A DNA stretch of 64,000 nt from positions 142,290,001-142,354,000 of the forward strand of contig OZ024742.1 of NCBI GenBank assembly GCA_964016885.1, read 5' to 3'. The position numbers and the translations under genes were made by a program. How positions within the stretch are numbered: the stretch's first letter is position 1; the number at the start of each line of letters is the position of its first letter. Origin of the DNA: Eledone cirrhosa. Taxonomy: Eukaryota. Positions 1 through 13,329 of the stretch are shown piece after piece. The notes beneath the pieces are model-generated. The model worked only from the letters and a program-made list of their open reading frames with translations. It was not told the DNA's origin and did no database searches.

Positions 1-1449
1 CGTCTGTATCCTAAAATCCCACAGCACCTTCACCTGATCGTTTTCTATCACCGACTCTGGCTTATGCTCATACCACTTCTCAGAATGTGGTAAATTGTTT
101 ACTTTGTATAGGTGCCAGTGGATCACCCTGCCCATCACATCATGTCTCCATCCCTTATAGTGAGTCTGGGCTAGGTGTTTACACTCAGATACAATGTGAG
201 CCACAGTCTCCTCTCTCTCTCCACAGATCCTGCACAGTGGGCTAGCCTCCTCCTTCTAAATATGGTGTTTCAACCACTTCGTTTTGAGGGCCTGCTCTTG
301 CGCAGCCATTAACATTCCTTCTGTAGCCTCTTTTTAAGGTCTCCTCTTTTCAACCAGTTCCATGTCTGTGGATCTCTGAATTCAGTTTTCTCAAAGAAGG
401 TACTATGAAGGGATTTTTCATGAAGGCTGCTCTTTCTCCTTGTTATTTCCTCCTTGGACATCCCCTGGTCTATTGTCCTCTCCTTCAGTACAGTTCTGAG
501 CATTGGCTCCTTACTATCAGTCACGTATTTGTGTAGGTTGTTGTGTAGGTTGTTTTTCTCCATCTGAACACAGTCCTCTATGCTGATAAGACCTCTTCCA
601 CCTTCAGATCTCCTTAAGTAGAGTCTATCGACATCACTCCTCTTGTGGAACATGTTGTAGATAGTCAATAGCTTCCTAGTCTTCCTATCCATTTCTTTTT
701 GTTCAGCAACATTCCATCTCAGAATTCCCGCACTGTACCTAATAATAGACACAGCTCGGGAATTTACTGCACTTATGGCATTCCTACTGTTCAGATGTGA
801 CTTTAATACGCCCCTTACTCTCCGAATGTATTCAGATCTTATCAATTCCTTCATTTTTTTGTTCTTGATGTCATCAGCCTCCAGAACACCGAAATACTTG
901 TATCCTTCTTCAGTGTCAATTTCCTTTATCATCTCACCTGTTGGTACCTGGATTCCGTTGCTTCTGCTCAATTTACCCCTCTTCATCACAAGGACTCCAC
1001 ACTTACTAATACCAAATTGCATACATATATCATTGCTGAAAATACGGACAGTGTCAACAAGCACATCCAACTTCTTCTCACTCTTCCCGAAGAGCTTAAG
1101 ATCGTCCATGAAGAGGAGGTGATTGATGGTAAGCTCTCCCTTTCCCAACTTGTATCCTGCTCTCACTTTCGCAGTATAATGGTCAGGGGCATCAGGGCAA
1201 GGACAAACAACAGAGGGGACAGACTATCTCCCTGGAAGATACCTCTCTTGATCTTTACGCCTCCCAAGGATTCTCCAGCTGATGTTAACTCTGTTTTCCA
1301 GGACTTCATACTTTTGCCCAACAACTGTCTGATGTTTTCTGCCACCTTGAAGATCTCTAGGCTTTTGGTGATCCAAGAATGAGGCACCATGTCAAATGCC
1401 TTTTTGTAGTCTATCCATCCCATGGCAAGACCAGTGTGTCTCCTCTTTC
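1..1449 (-). mobile_element. Non-LTR retrotransposon, RLE-type (R4/Dong-like): RT plus CCHC knuckle and start of restriction-like endonuclease; 5'-truncated, frameshifted, runs off window start
   Basis: ORFs 1163-1423 (WIDYKKAFD, RGIFQGDSLSPLLF) and 309-1166 (HLLFMDDLKL, RLYLRRSEGGRGL). Manual translation of 1-300 on - gives CRICGEREETVAHIVSEC, RHD and VLWDFRIQT motifs, with stops. Confidence 0.88.
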
Positions 1450-1616
1450 TTGTGGGTAATCTCTGTTGAGATCTTGAAAGTGATCTGGTTATTCTACGGG
1501 TTTTTTTTACCCGTTCCTTGTGGGTAGTCTCTGTTGAGATCTTGAGAATGATCTCCTGGTTTTTCTACTTCTCATGGTCTGGTCAAAGGAATATCTATCG
1601 TGTTTGTGCTTTTTGT

Positions 1617-2322
1617 TCATGTTGTGTGCGTTAGGATGTTTTTGTAGAAAAAGCAAAGAGTTCTTACCGTAGTTCTTCTTTGATTCAAGGAGAGATGGGT
1701 GTTTGTGTTGGCACGTGTTCTGGCGTATGTTGTGTTGGCGAGATTGTCCACTTTTAATGCTTTTTCCAGAGTCTTTACCGTAATTTGCAGCATATTTGTC
1801 GAGAAATTATTGTTTCTGCTGCCATAACTTTTTTGATTTGCTTTCTTTTTTTTTAGATATCTCTGATCCATAGTTCTCGTAGTTTTTCAGCTATATTACC
1901 AGTCGTTAGCTTTGAAATTTCGACTTCAATTTGGTTATCAATATATTCGTATTTGGCTTTGTAGCGGGATTGTTTACTTTGAGCAATGGAGATGTCGGTC
2001 CTGAATTTTGTCAATGGAAGTTCCCATCGGAGTTTTGTTTCTTCTTCTGGCTCTCCTGCAATTTCTTTAATTAGGTATTTACGAGGGAGTATGGGTGCCG
2101 TTAGAGAAAGCCATTTCGAATGTGTTTCGACATAATTTTCGCATTTGTATGCTTTCCAGAAGTTTTGTTTTCTTATGTTAAGAAATGTTTTCCATGTCTT
2201 CCACATTTCTTTTCTTATTCGATGTGTTTCGTTTTCCAAATTTCTTTCGTTTAGTTCTGACATCCAAGGGGGGTGTGGTAGGCTTTCTCTTGTATCTTTG
2301 ATAACTGTTGGTATAAGTTCAG

Positions 2323-2326
<4 letters not shown>
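1617..2326 (-). pseudogene. Frameshifted ORF fragment of unknown, probably transposon-derived protein
   Basis: Protein-like ORFs 1853-2263 and 1617-1871 overlap in different frames and are cut by (TA)n at 2327. No motif recognised. Confidence 0.35.
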
Positions 2327-2393
<67 letters not shown>

Positions 2394-2398
<5 letters not shown>

Positions 2399-3020
2399 TT
2401 AGTTGAGCAGAACAAGACCACAAATTTGACAAGGAAGACATTATTAAAAGATTGTCAACATAGTTTTAGTTTAATGTAAGGAATGTAGAGAATAATAATA
2501 ATAATAATATTAATAATGACTGTTTACAATTGTTTCGCTACTCCATATAATGTTTCTGGATCAAATCATTATAGATCATTATTGATCTGGTTCAGTTGAA
2601 GATAATTAACTTAATCAACTGAACCAGATCACTAATGATCTATAATGGTTTGATCCAGAAATATTATATGGAGTAGCGAAACAATTGTAAACAGACATTA
2701 TTAATATTATTATTATTATTATTATTCTCTACATTCCTTACATTAAATTAAAACTGTTGACAATCTTTTAATAAGGTCTTCCTTGTGAAATTTGGGGTCT
2801 TTTCTGCTTAACTAATGAATATTTCCAGCTCTGTGCACCTAACCTCTGCACGAACCCAGCCACTTAGCTGCCTTCCACTGCATATTGCACATTGAGCACA
2901 TGCCTTTACGCTTTGGCTTCTAACTAATTCACCAATCTCTCTTCTCCTCTCCTATCTCCTCTCCTATCTCCTCTCCTATCTCATTCTCTCTCTTTAAGAT
3001 TGGTTACTCTTGAACTGTGT
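2394..3020. mobile_element. Fold-back element (arms ~2394-2599 / 2616-2820) with longer right tail, in (TA)n; probable PLE terminus
   Basis: About 205-bp imperfect inverted arms. Each carries GAAACAATTGTA, the HHR GAAA plus palindromic stem III. Flanked by (TA)n. Confidence 0.7.
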
Positions 3021-3029
3021 ATATATATA

Positions 3030-5535
3030 TATATTTATTTATTAAAATAACAGATTAAAATTTAAGCAAAGAATCGCTGCTTTCACCCTTAACGGGATCT
3101 TCTGAAACTAACAAAGTCAATTTGTAAACGCAGAAGTGGATATTTCAAAAAACGTTGCAACCGGAGGAAGACAGGAAGACGATACTTTGGTTCGTGGAAA
3201 CGTTCGCTGGCAAAGAACGGGAAAAAACGAATAATACGTCATTAATAGGAGCGGTGAAAAACAATTACGCGCAAAGACAGAACCAAGTTTATGGTATAAA
3301 AGAGGTCGTAGACTAATGTTCTCTTACGTGGTTCATAGAGACGTTCTCTGGCAATGAACGAAAAAACGAAGATAACACGTCATATGTGGAGCGTGGAGAA
3401 CAATAGCACGCAAAGACAAAACCACGTAAATGGTATAGCTGAAGTCCTAGACTAAAATTCTAACTAGGAGACCGAATGAATCTCCGCTACAGAGTTAAGA
3501 ACAAAGTAAATAAATACAATACAGAAGTAATAGAAATAAATAAATACATACACGCAAACAAATACGTACATACACAAGCATACGCAGAATACTTACCATC
3601 GGTATACAAAACCACGCACATATAAATATGTGTGTGTGTGTATGCGTGTATACAAATAAATAAATAATTATATAAACGTATATAAATAAATAAATACGTA
3701 TATAACAAGCGCACACACATACCTACATGTAAATACACGAATGTTCGGAGACGTAAGTCAACCAAAACATGAAGTACACATATACACACACCCTACATAC
3801 GTACAAACCTGCATACTCACACAGACGCAAAACTCCCGTATACGCATAGCCAAACCATATGTACCAGAATATATAAAATTATACGCCATAACATAAACAA
3901 TCAAATATACGTACGAGAAGGTATACGTACCTTCACAAAACATACGGGTAATATATACTTACCTATGAAAATAAGTAATGGTATAAACAAAACATACTTA
4001 GCTCCCACATCAAGACGTAAAATATCCACGTATAAATCGTACTATCCGTTAGGGTATAACGTGGGGCTGTAATACAGGAAAGTTTTGTGCAATTTATGTT
4101 TACAAGCCGAAATTGCCTCAGATTTTTTTGTTTAAGATGTGGTCTGTGGCGTAGAGTATTTCCAAGGCCTCAGCGGCGCAGAGGTCACGTGGTCTTTTAT
4201 TTCCGTTATACGATCTAGCCCTAGCTAGGATCTCCCAGTGTAACTTATATTGGGTGTGGTTGTCTTTTAGACTCCAGATATAAGCTGAAAGTGACGTCAT
4301 ATTCCTTCTTAGAGGGTAACGAAAAGAATGGGTATGCATGTAAAGACGCTGCTTGAATCTATTGGCGGTTAACCCTATGTAGCCCCTACGGGACGTGGGT
4401 GTTACAACCTTACATTTGTAGACAATGTTACTAGAGAGGAATTTCCCGGATAGGGGGCAATCAACCCGATTCCTACAATTACAGTTAGTACTAACTACAG
4501 GGTTGCACGTTTTCCTACGGCTAGGTAGTTTAGCTAAATTTGAAGCTGTGATGTTATGTGCAAAGTTAGGAGTCGTAGAGTAAGAAATTTTAATAGTATT
4601 TCTATTAAAGATTTTACTATACTTATGTGTAGGGGGAAAATGCTTCGTAAAAGGGAAGGAAGGTCTTAGCTAATGGTGTGGCCACCTCCATATTATATGG
4701 TGGGTTATACCAACAAATGCGACGGGATCTATTTCTTCTAGGTTTATTTTCGTACTCTGTATATGCTACCTTGTCGACAAATCCACTTCGAGCAAGAGCT
4801 TCATTGTAATAAGTGGAATGGTGGTTGAAAATACGCTCGTTGGTGGAAAGACGGGAAAGCCTCAACGAAACGTTTCTTACCAGGTTCTTGGTTATGCTGG
4901 CAGGATGGTTGGAATGCTTACTTATGTAATTAAGCGTATCATTCGGCTTTCTATACGGGTAATACAACCCATTCAATAAATTGAGGGTAACGTCGAGAGA
5001 TTGGCCTCAACCTGTATAGAGAGGTTGAAGCCTTTAAAGAAGGCTGTGAGTTCTTTTCTAAACCTGTCGCAAGCACGTGGGCCGCACTTTGTCATGGTCA
5101 AAAGACCATCGTCACGGTACAAACCACCGCCCGCGTTGGGGAATTCGTCCTTGATAGAGAAAAGAAGGAAAAGGCCGATAAGATCAGTAACCTCCGCAGA
5201 ATCACTGGCGCCCATACTCCCGTCGAATGGGGTACTATTGGATTTTTTAATCCAAATAGAGTCGTCGAAATTAATCACCGACTTTCGCGCATTGAGGATG
5301 ACATCAACTTCGAAATCCTTAACCACTGTGAGTGTTTTAGCGAAATTGATAGCTCTACGGAGAAGTGATAAAGTGATGGAGGAGTAGTAATTGTTGATGT
5401 CGAATTGGATAAAACGGCAATGTTCCTTGTTACATATGCCGTTGAACCAATCAATTACCACGAAAGAATTGTTCCAGAGTGCAAGAGGGGCCAAACTTCT
5501 AATTTCAGGTATAATTCTATCTTCGTAGGGTTAAT
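3030..5535 (-). mobile_element. Penelope-like element (Naiad-like): RT plus GIY-YIG endonuclease, 5'-truncated, frameshifted
   Basis: ORFs with FIQFDINNYY, MGASDSAEV, GLYRDDGL and YRKPNDTLNYISKHSNHP. Manual translation of 4340-4640 gives KIFNRNTIKISYS, CNCRNRVDCPLSGKF and IVYKC...YIGLT. Degenerate HHR near the 3' end (CAGAAGA-UCCC-GUUAA-GGGU-GAAA, ~3072-3105). Flanked by (TA)n. Confidence 0.88.
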
Positions 5536-5702
5536 ATATATATATATATATATTATAAGCAGAAAGGATATTTAATTTGTTGGAAATTCAACAAATATAG
5601 CTGTTTATGACTGATTCAGAGCACTCGACAGATTTTCTGGAGTAAATATTCAATGACATTAAATAAATGGAAACTAGATTTATAAAACCATATTTATTCT
5701 AT

Positions 5703-5764
5703 TATTCTATTATATATATTTCAAGGGTACCAAAAACTTTGGTACGCTTTCATCAGATAAAATA
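5703..5764 (-). ncRNA. Minimal type I hammerhead ribozyme motif in left arm of inverted repeat 5651-5920
   Basis: UAUUUUAU-CUGAUGA-AAGCGUACCAAA(GUU)UUUGGUACCCUU-GAA-AUAUAUAU-A-AUAGAAUA. All three stems pair. The + copy at 5826-5880 lacks CUGA. Confidence 0.75.
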
Positions 5765-5931
5765 CAAAGTGTGTTTTATAAATTTGACATAGCCAAGGAA
5801 CATACCTTATCAGTTGAATTTTCCTTGAAAGCGTACCAAGTTTTTGGTACCCTTGAAATATATATATAATAGAATAAATATGGTTTTATAAATATAATTT
5901 CCATTTATTTAAAATCATTGTATATATATAT

Positions 5932-5963
<32 letters not shown>

Positions 5964-6152
5964 GGCGGTGGATTGGCAGTATCGGTAGAGATTCGGACAT
6001 CATGCTTTGACGCATTGAGTTACGGCCCTTGCCATTCTGAGTTCTAATCCCGCCGAGATTAACTTGGCCTTCCATCCTTACGAGGTCGATAAAATAAAGT
6101 ACCAGTAATGTACTGGTTAATTGCTTGCCTTGTGCCAAATGTAGAAACAATT
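5964..6152 (+). mobile_element. tRNA-derived SINE with Nin-type domain (family A, ~190 bp)
   Basis: GGCGGTGGATTGGCAG head, GTTC.AATCC B-box-like motif, GCCTTTCATCC..GGTCGATAAAATAAAGTACCAG domain, AAACAATT(ATT) tail; many near-identical copies in the window. Confidence 0.85.
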
Positions 6153-6686
6153 ATATATATATTATATATATATATTATATATATATATTATATATATATA
6201 TATATTTCATAATCCCAGTCGATTATTTTTTCCCCTCGGTATATTAGCAGTGATTTTTGTTAATGTGTTGAGCACTACTGAAGATCGGTTCAAACCGTGA
6301 CTAACCCCACTGAAACGTTTCGTAAAATGGTATTTTAAAGACTATATAGTGCATTTGTAGTTTTCCCCAAATTGACGGATAAGTATTACTTCTTGATTTT
6401 GTTTTAAATTAAGATTGTATTGTTTATTCCCCAACTTGCACAAAGTTTGATGAAAAAGTTTTTTCTTCTTGATTTGTTTTGAATTAAGATTGTATTACTT
6501 TTTTCGCTCATCTTACATTAAATATTTTTTCGGCTTGATGTTATAGTCACTTATATACCTGAATTATTGTTGGCATTTTGCTTACATTAATTTTATTTTC
6601 ATTTATATATATATATATATATTATATATATATATATATATATATGTATTATATATATTATATATATATATATATACATATATATA

Positions 6687-6718
<32 letters not shown>

Positions 6719-6770
6719 TATAATATATAAATATATATATATATATATGTTATATATTGTATATATATAT

Positions 6771-6802
<32 letters not shown>

Positions 6803-6877
6803 ATACATATATGATAAATATATATATATGATAACTATATATATATGATAAATATATATATATATTGTAAATATATA

Positions 6878-6956
<79 letters not shown>

Positions 6957-6975
6957 TTGTTGCTCTGAAATAGCT

Positions 6976-7341
6976 ATATATATATGAATGTATATATAGT
7001 GTATTTTGCAATACACTGTATGCTTAATAAAAAGCATTTTGAAGACCTCATGCTATTGTTTTAGAGTAGTGACAGACTCACTTACTTTAATTTCAGCAAA
7101 CAGGGGGAGATAAAGCTGACAAGGCCTTCTTTCTGCATTTATTGATGCTTATCAAAGCCGAGGAGTAGTTGGCTTTGATAAGCATCAATGAATGCAGAAA
7201 CAAGGCCTTGTCAGCTTTATCTCCCCCTGTTTGCTGAAATTAAAGTAAGTGAGTCTGTCACTACTCTAAAATAATAGCATACGGTCTTCAAAATGCTTTT
7301 TATTAAGCATACAGTGTATTGCAAAATACACTATATATACA

Positions 7342-7350
<9 letters not shown>
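6976..7350. mobile_element. Fold-back element (~180-bp arms) in (TA)n carrying a variant HHR in each arm
   Basis: Arms are reverse complements around ~7160-7170. Homologous single copy at 58930-59105. Confidence 0.85.
7171..7216 (+). ncRNA. Hammerhead motif, U3-A8 core variant (one extra A before G12)
   Basis: GGCU-UUGAUAA-GCAU(CAAUGA)AUGC-A-GAA-ACAAGGCCUUGU-C-AGCU. Confidence 0.55.
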
Positions 7351-7413
<63 letters not shown>

Positions 7414-7437
7414 GTATATTTATACATATATGATATA

Positions 7438-7550
<113 letters not shown>

Positions 7551-7592
7551 CATATATGATATATATATACATATATGATATATTATATATAA

Positions 7593-7664
<72 letters not shown>

Positions 7665-7778
7665 CATATATATATATATTTTCTATATATATATATATAT
7701 ACATATAATATATATATATATAATATATATATATATATTATATATATATATATATACATATATGATATATATATATAT

Positions 7779-7866
<88 letters not shown>

Positions 7867-7909
7867 TTATACATATATGATAAATATATATATATATGAT
7901 AAATATATA

Positions 7910-7952
<43 letters not shown>

Positions 7953-8002
7953 TTATACATATATGATAAATATATATATATATGATAAATATATATATAT
8001 AT

Positions 8003-8034
<32 letters not shown>

Positions 8035-8115
8035 TTATACATATATGATAAATATATATATATATGATAAATATATATATATATATATTATATATATTTA
8101 TACATATATGATATA

Positions 8116-8170
<55 letters not shown>

Positions 8171-8864
8171 ATATAATATAATACGAAAAATCAGTGATGT
8201 ATCTGAACTCAGTATATTGTGTGTTACAATTGTTTCGCCGGCAGACAGCTCGAGACGCCATCATTGTGTGGATCTGTCTGATTCTAGTCTGCAGGTTCGT
8301 CGTGACTTCTGATCAAATTTTCTCACTAGGGTGTTCGCGTCAAAAAACATCCTCTTCGCTCATCCTGCTATTGGCTGTTGTTTTTCTACGTCATCATAAA
8401 TTTTTACCAACACGTACTGTCAAACTGATCATCAGCTGACCTTTTTTTCTGCCGCACTTCAATGAATCCCTGCTGGGTTTGGAATTTCACACGTCCACGC
8501 GCCCACTCTCACACACACACACATATATATATATACATATATACACTCACACACACGCGCGCGCCGCGTGCGCGCACACAGAATCATATAAATAACAACA
8601 TCCGTACGCATATACTCCCGCTATACATACGCACCTAAAGAGAACCCATAAAGCTATAGACATACGCGTCCACAGACGCCTTCCTACATGCCCACGTACG
8701 TCAACTCACACACACACGCGCACACAGGCGCACACACATACATACGCGTATATCTACTCGTATACACAAACACGTACAGACATATACATAGACACGCACG
8801 CGTGAATACACACACGTATTCATATATACAGGCACAAAAACAGACTCGCTCGCAAACGCACATA

Positions 8865-8935
<71 letters not shown>

Positions 8936-9010
8936 CCCACTCTCCTGAGCGTGAAATTAATAAACATTTATTGTACTGCCTCTCTGTTTTGTCCCTGTTC
9001 AAATTTTTCC

Positions 9011-9114
<104 letters not shown>

Positions 9115-9417
9115 TATATACATATATATACACACAAACAAGCCCTTAACCTACAGTGGTGCACGTATACACACATACACACACACCGGCTCATATACAC
9201 TCTTACAAATATGCGCCTATTACCTACAGGCCCACGCATGTCTACAAAGATACATACATATATCTGTCTATACACAAATATGATATACACACAAAGTCAT
9301 GTAAAGCTACACAAAGGGTCATACATGCAAGGATGTATCTTGTTATACACATGCACCACAAATATAAACAATATAACCATATACATACATCCATACACAT
9401 ACATGTATATATATATG

Positions 9418-9495
<78 letters not shown>

Positions 9496-9821
9496 TACAT
9501 ATACACATACACACACACATATATATGTACATACACACACATACATACTCATATGTAAAAAAACCTACAATATACTAAAATATATATATAACATTAAAGG
9601 ATGTATCTTGTAAACATGTACATATATAAACAATGTAACCATATACATACATCCATGCACATACACATATATATATATATTTTTTTTTTATATATACACC
9701 CATATATACATATACGAATACATATATACACACATATAAAAAAGAAATATACAATATATTAAAAATATACATATAACGTCACATAGAGATATATAAAAAT
9801 ATATTATATATATATATATAT

Positions 9822-10434
9822 AATTGTTTCTACTTTTGGCACAAGACCAGCAGTTACCCAGTGCATTACTGGTACTTTATTTTATCGACCCTGTAAGGAT
9901 GAAAGGCAAAGTTAACCTCGGCGGGATTTTGAACTCAGATCATACAGGCAGGTAGCTCTATGCTTCAAAGCATGGCGTCCGACCCTCTACCGATACTGCC
10001 ATATATTATATTATATTATATTATATTATATTATATTATATTATATTATATTATATTATATTATATTATATTATATTATATTATATTATATTATATTATA
10101 TTATATTATATTATATTATATTATATTATATTATATTATATTATATTATATTATATTATATTATATTATATTATATTATATTATATTATATTATATTATA
10201 TTATATTATATTATATTATATTATATTATATTATATTATATTATATTATCGGTGGATTGGCAGTATCAGTAGAGGGTCGGACGCCATGCTTTCCAGCATA
10301 ATTACGTCCCTTTACGATCTGAGTTCAAATCCCGCCGAGGTTGACTTTGCCTTTCATCTTTACGGGGTCGATAAAATAAAGTACCAGTAATGCACTGGGT
10401 AATTGCTGGCCTTGTGCCTAAAGTAGAAACAATT
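9822..10434. mobile_element. Head-to-head pair of family A SINEs (9822-10001 -, 10250-10434 +) separated by (TATTA)n
   Basis: Both match the family A consensus; pure pentamer run 10002-10249. Confidence 0.85.
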
Positions 10435-10877
10435 ATATTATATTATATTATATTATGATATATATATATATATATAATCAAGGTTTAGCAAATAAGAAAA
10501 AGTTTTAAAATAAATTTTAAAAAGTTCACTGTACCTGCTGTAATTACCCTTACCGTACGTTTCAAGTCTCAAAATCAATGGATAATCCATGCGGAAATCC
10601 ATTGAAAAGAAAGACTTTCGTAAAAGGGTTCTTTTCGCTCGGAGAATATAAAATTCCCGAGTTCAAATCACGAACTGACGCCATTCAAAATTGTTCCCGA
10701 GATGAGAGTGTATGATGAAGAAACAATTCTGTCTAGTGCCGTGTGTAAAGATAGAAGGCAGAGGCGGAAAGGTCAATGTACAGCCACTAGAAATAGCAGC
10801 AGTTAAAACGACCAAAATGTTATCTCGACCAGGGGAGATTAATAATAATAAAGTATGTCTCCCTATATATATATATA

Positions 10878-11051
10878 GTGAAGGCGTTGGTCTTACCAGT
10901 TGCTAGTACTATCTATCGGTCGCAGCACCAGGTAGAAGGAGCAACATGAAATAAAGTGTCTTGCTCAAGGACATAACGCATCGCCCGGTCCAGGAATTGA
11001 ACTCACAACCTCAAGATTGTGAATCCAATTCTACCCATTAGCTACACGCCT

Positions 11052-11055
<4 letters not shown>
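10878..11055 (-). mobile_element. tRNA-derived SINE family B
   Basis: Reverse complement of the 20149-20330 copy (GTGTCCTTGAGCAAGACACTT domain). Confidence 0.75.
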
Positions 11056-11102
<47 letters not shown>

Positions 11103-11171
11103 TATGAAGAGAGAAGAAACATTTAGATATAATTAGTAATAAAATGTATCATACCTAAACTGCTCCTAGAT

Positions 11172-11261
11172 TCCTCGACTACGTAGTTTCGTGGCATAAA
11201 CAAAAACAATACATCATAAAGATATAGAGTCCCTGCGAGGTCTGCCGACTTATCAAGAGGA
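11172..11261 (-). ncRNA. Hammerhead motif, U3-A8 core variant with long stem II insertion
   Basis: UCCUC-UUGAUAA-GU(C)GGCA...UGCCAC-GAA-ACUACGUAGU-C-GAGGA; GUC cleavage triplet, palindromic stem III. Confidence 0.65.
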
Positions 11262-11615
11262 TACCTCATTTTACTAGTCTCAAGAACGCGTCTACATGTA
11301 TATGTCTATATGTGTGTGTCCGCATGTATCTGTGTGTTTCTAAATATATTGTTAATAACTCCCTCTGGTCGAGCAATCTTTGAAGTGTGGGGACTGCTGG
11401 AAAGCTTCCATTACTCATACTTCTCGCCTCCTTCACCACCTCTTCTGCGGCTTCGATATGAATACCCCCTCCGCCTCCGTGGTATTTTCTTCGGGCTTAT
11501 AAGAGGCTTAGCTCTGTTTCTCGACCGTTATATCGCGTGACTATCTCCCCCTCCGCCTTTTGGGATTCTTTCTCACGTATTCTTTCTCACTATTAATAAA
11601 ATAGATGTTCTTTTG

Positions 11616-11685
11616 ATCAATTACATTTTATTATACATATTTCGGATGTACAACAGTACGTCCTCATCAGACAAAATATAATGAT
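11616..11685 (-). ncRNA. Minimal type I hammerhead ribozyme motif (mirror of 13330-13399)
   Basis: Reverse complement of 13330-13399. Confidence 0.8.
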
Positions 11686-12274
11686 ACATGACATACCCTG
11701 AGATGTTAAATGGTTAAGATTTAATCAAGAGAAACCTAAGAGAAAATTTAACATTTATACCCTAATAATGAGAAAATGCGAAAACGTAATAAATTCAATA
11801 GAGGATGAGTAAGAAAAACGTTGCTTAATGTACCAGTTATCGAGATTTTAATATGTATGATACTACAATTTATCTAGGAAAGCATTTCATGAATTATAAC
11901 AGTCAGTGAGAGAGAGGGAAAGATGAGGGGGTAATTTATGCAGAAGGAGATTTTTTTCCGAAAGTTAAACGGTTAGGTTTGAAAATATTTAATTTATGTT
12001 ATCTTAGGGTGAAGAATCAATATTTTAGGGGGGGGGGGGGTTAATTGGTGGTTATTTATATATTAGTTTTGTAAATTGTATAAGTGTGTTAACATTTCTA
12101 AGCTTCTGAATTTTTTGATGATAAGAATTAAAGGATTTAGCTGGCCATTATTAAGGAAAGTTTACACTGTTGAATATTTTCCTAAATGTAATCTTTAAAG
12201 AAGTTAGTCATTGTCAACGTATTAGGTATGTAAAGCTTTTGAAGTACTTGTTGTTAGAAAAATTTAAAAAACGG

Positions 12275-12353
<79 letters not shown>

Positions 12354-13329
12354 TTATTGAGCCAGTATATTTTAGGTAAATAATAATGAAAATAAAATTA
12401 AAATAAAATAATAGATTGAGGCATGTTAAAATTAAATATATACCCATATATAACCGTGTGTAAATGTATTAATTATTCTTAGCTCAAAGTAAAAACAATC
12501 AAAAAATTTAGAAGTTAACTGAAAATTATGTATAGAAAGATACAGGGAGTTATATATGGATATATCTTATATTAGGTATTAGTGATACAGTATACTTTAG
12601 GTAAATGATAACGGTTATAATTTTATATAATAAAGTTCTACGTGTTAAAGTTAAATACATATATATATATATATAAGAAAAACAATAATAAATGCATGGA
12701 TAATTCATAGTTCAAAATAATGTTTATAATAATTTGTAATTTGGATATTTACTCTATATTTGAATCATGGATATAAGAATGCGGTAGGTATATTTAAAAA
12801 CATAGAAAATATAATTACATACATATTATAAATAAGAGATCAGAAACGCATAAAAAATTCACAGTTATAAATAAGTTCAGTAAAGATGTAAGGGTTGGAT
12901 ATAAAACTCATATTTAAAACTTAAGTAGGAAGATAAGGATAGAGAAATAAAGAAATGATGGTATGGATCAAAGTTAACAGAATAATGTTATGTGTATCAA
13001 TGTTCCGGCATGTTATTGAACAAGTGTCTTTCATTCGAGCGTTATATAACTTTCGGGAAAAAAATCTCCTTCTGCATACATTACCCCCCTCATCTTTCCC
13101 TCTCTCTCACTGACTGTTATAATTCATGAAATGCTTTCCTAGATAAATTGTAGTATCATACATATTAAAATCTCGATAACTGGTGCATTAAGCAACGTTT
13201 TTCTTGCTCACACATTCTCTATTGAATGTATTACGTTTTCGCATTTTCTCATTATTATAAATGTTAAATTTTCTCTTAGGTTTCTCTTGATTAAATCTTA
13301 ACCATTTAACATCTCAGGGTATGTCATGT

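Noticed and set aside
6272-6352. Possible HHR (CUGAAGA...GAAACGUUUCGUA)
   Set aside because: Stem II does not close onto GAAA and the stem I partner is displaced by ~20 nt; too ambiguous to call.
8215-8440. Possible - strand HHR (CUGAUGA at ~8428, GAAACAAUUGUA at ~8225)
   Set aside because: No stem I pairing found between the two halves.
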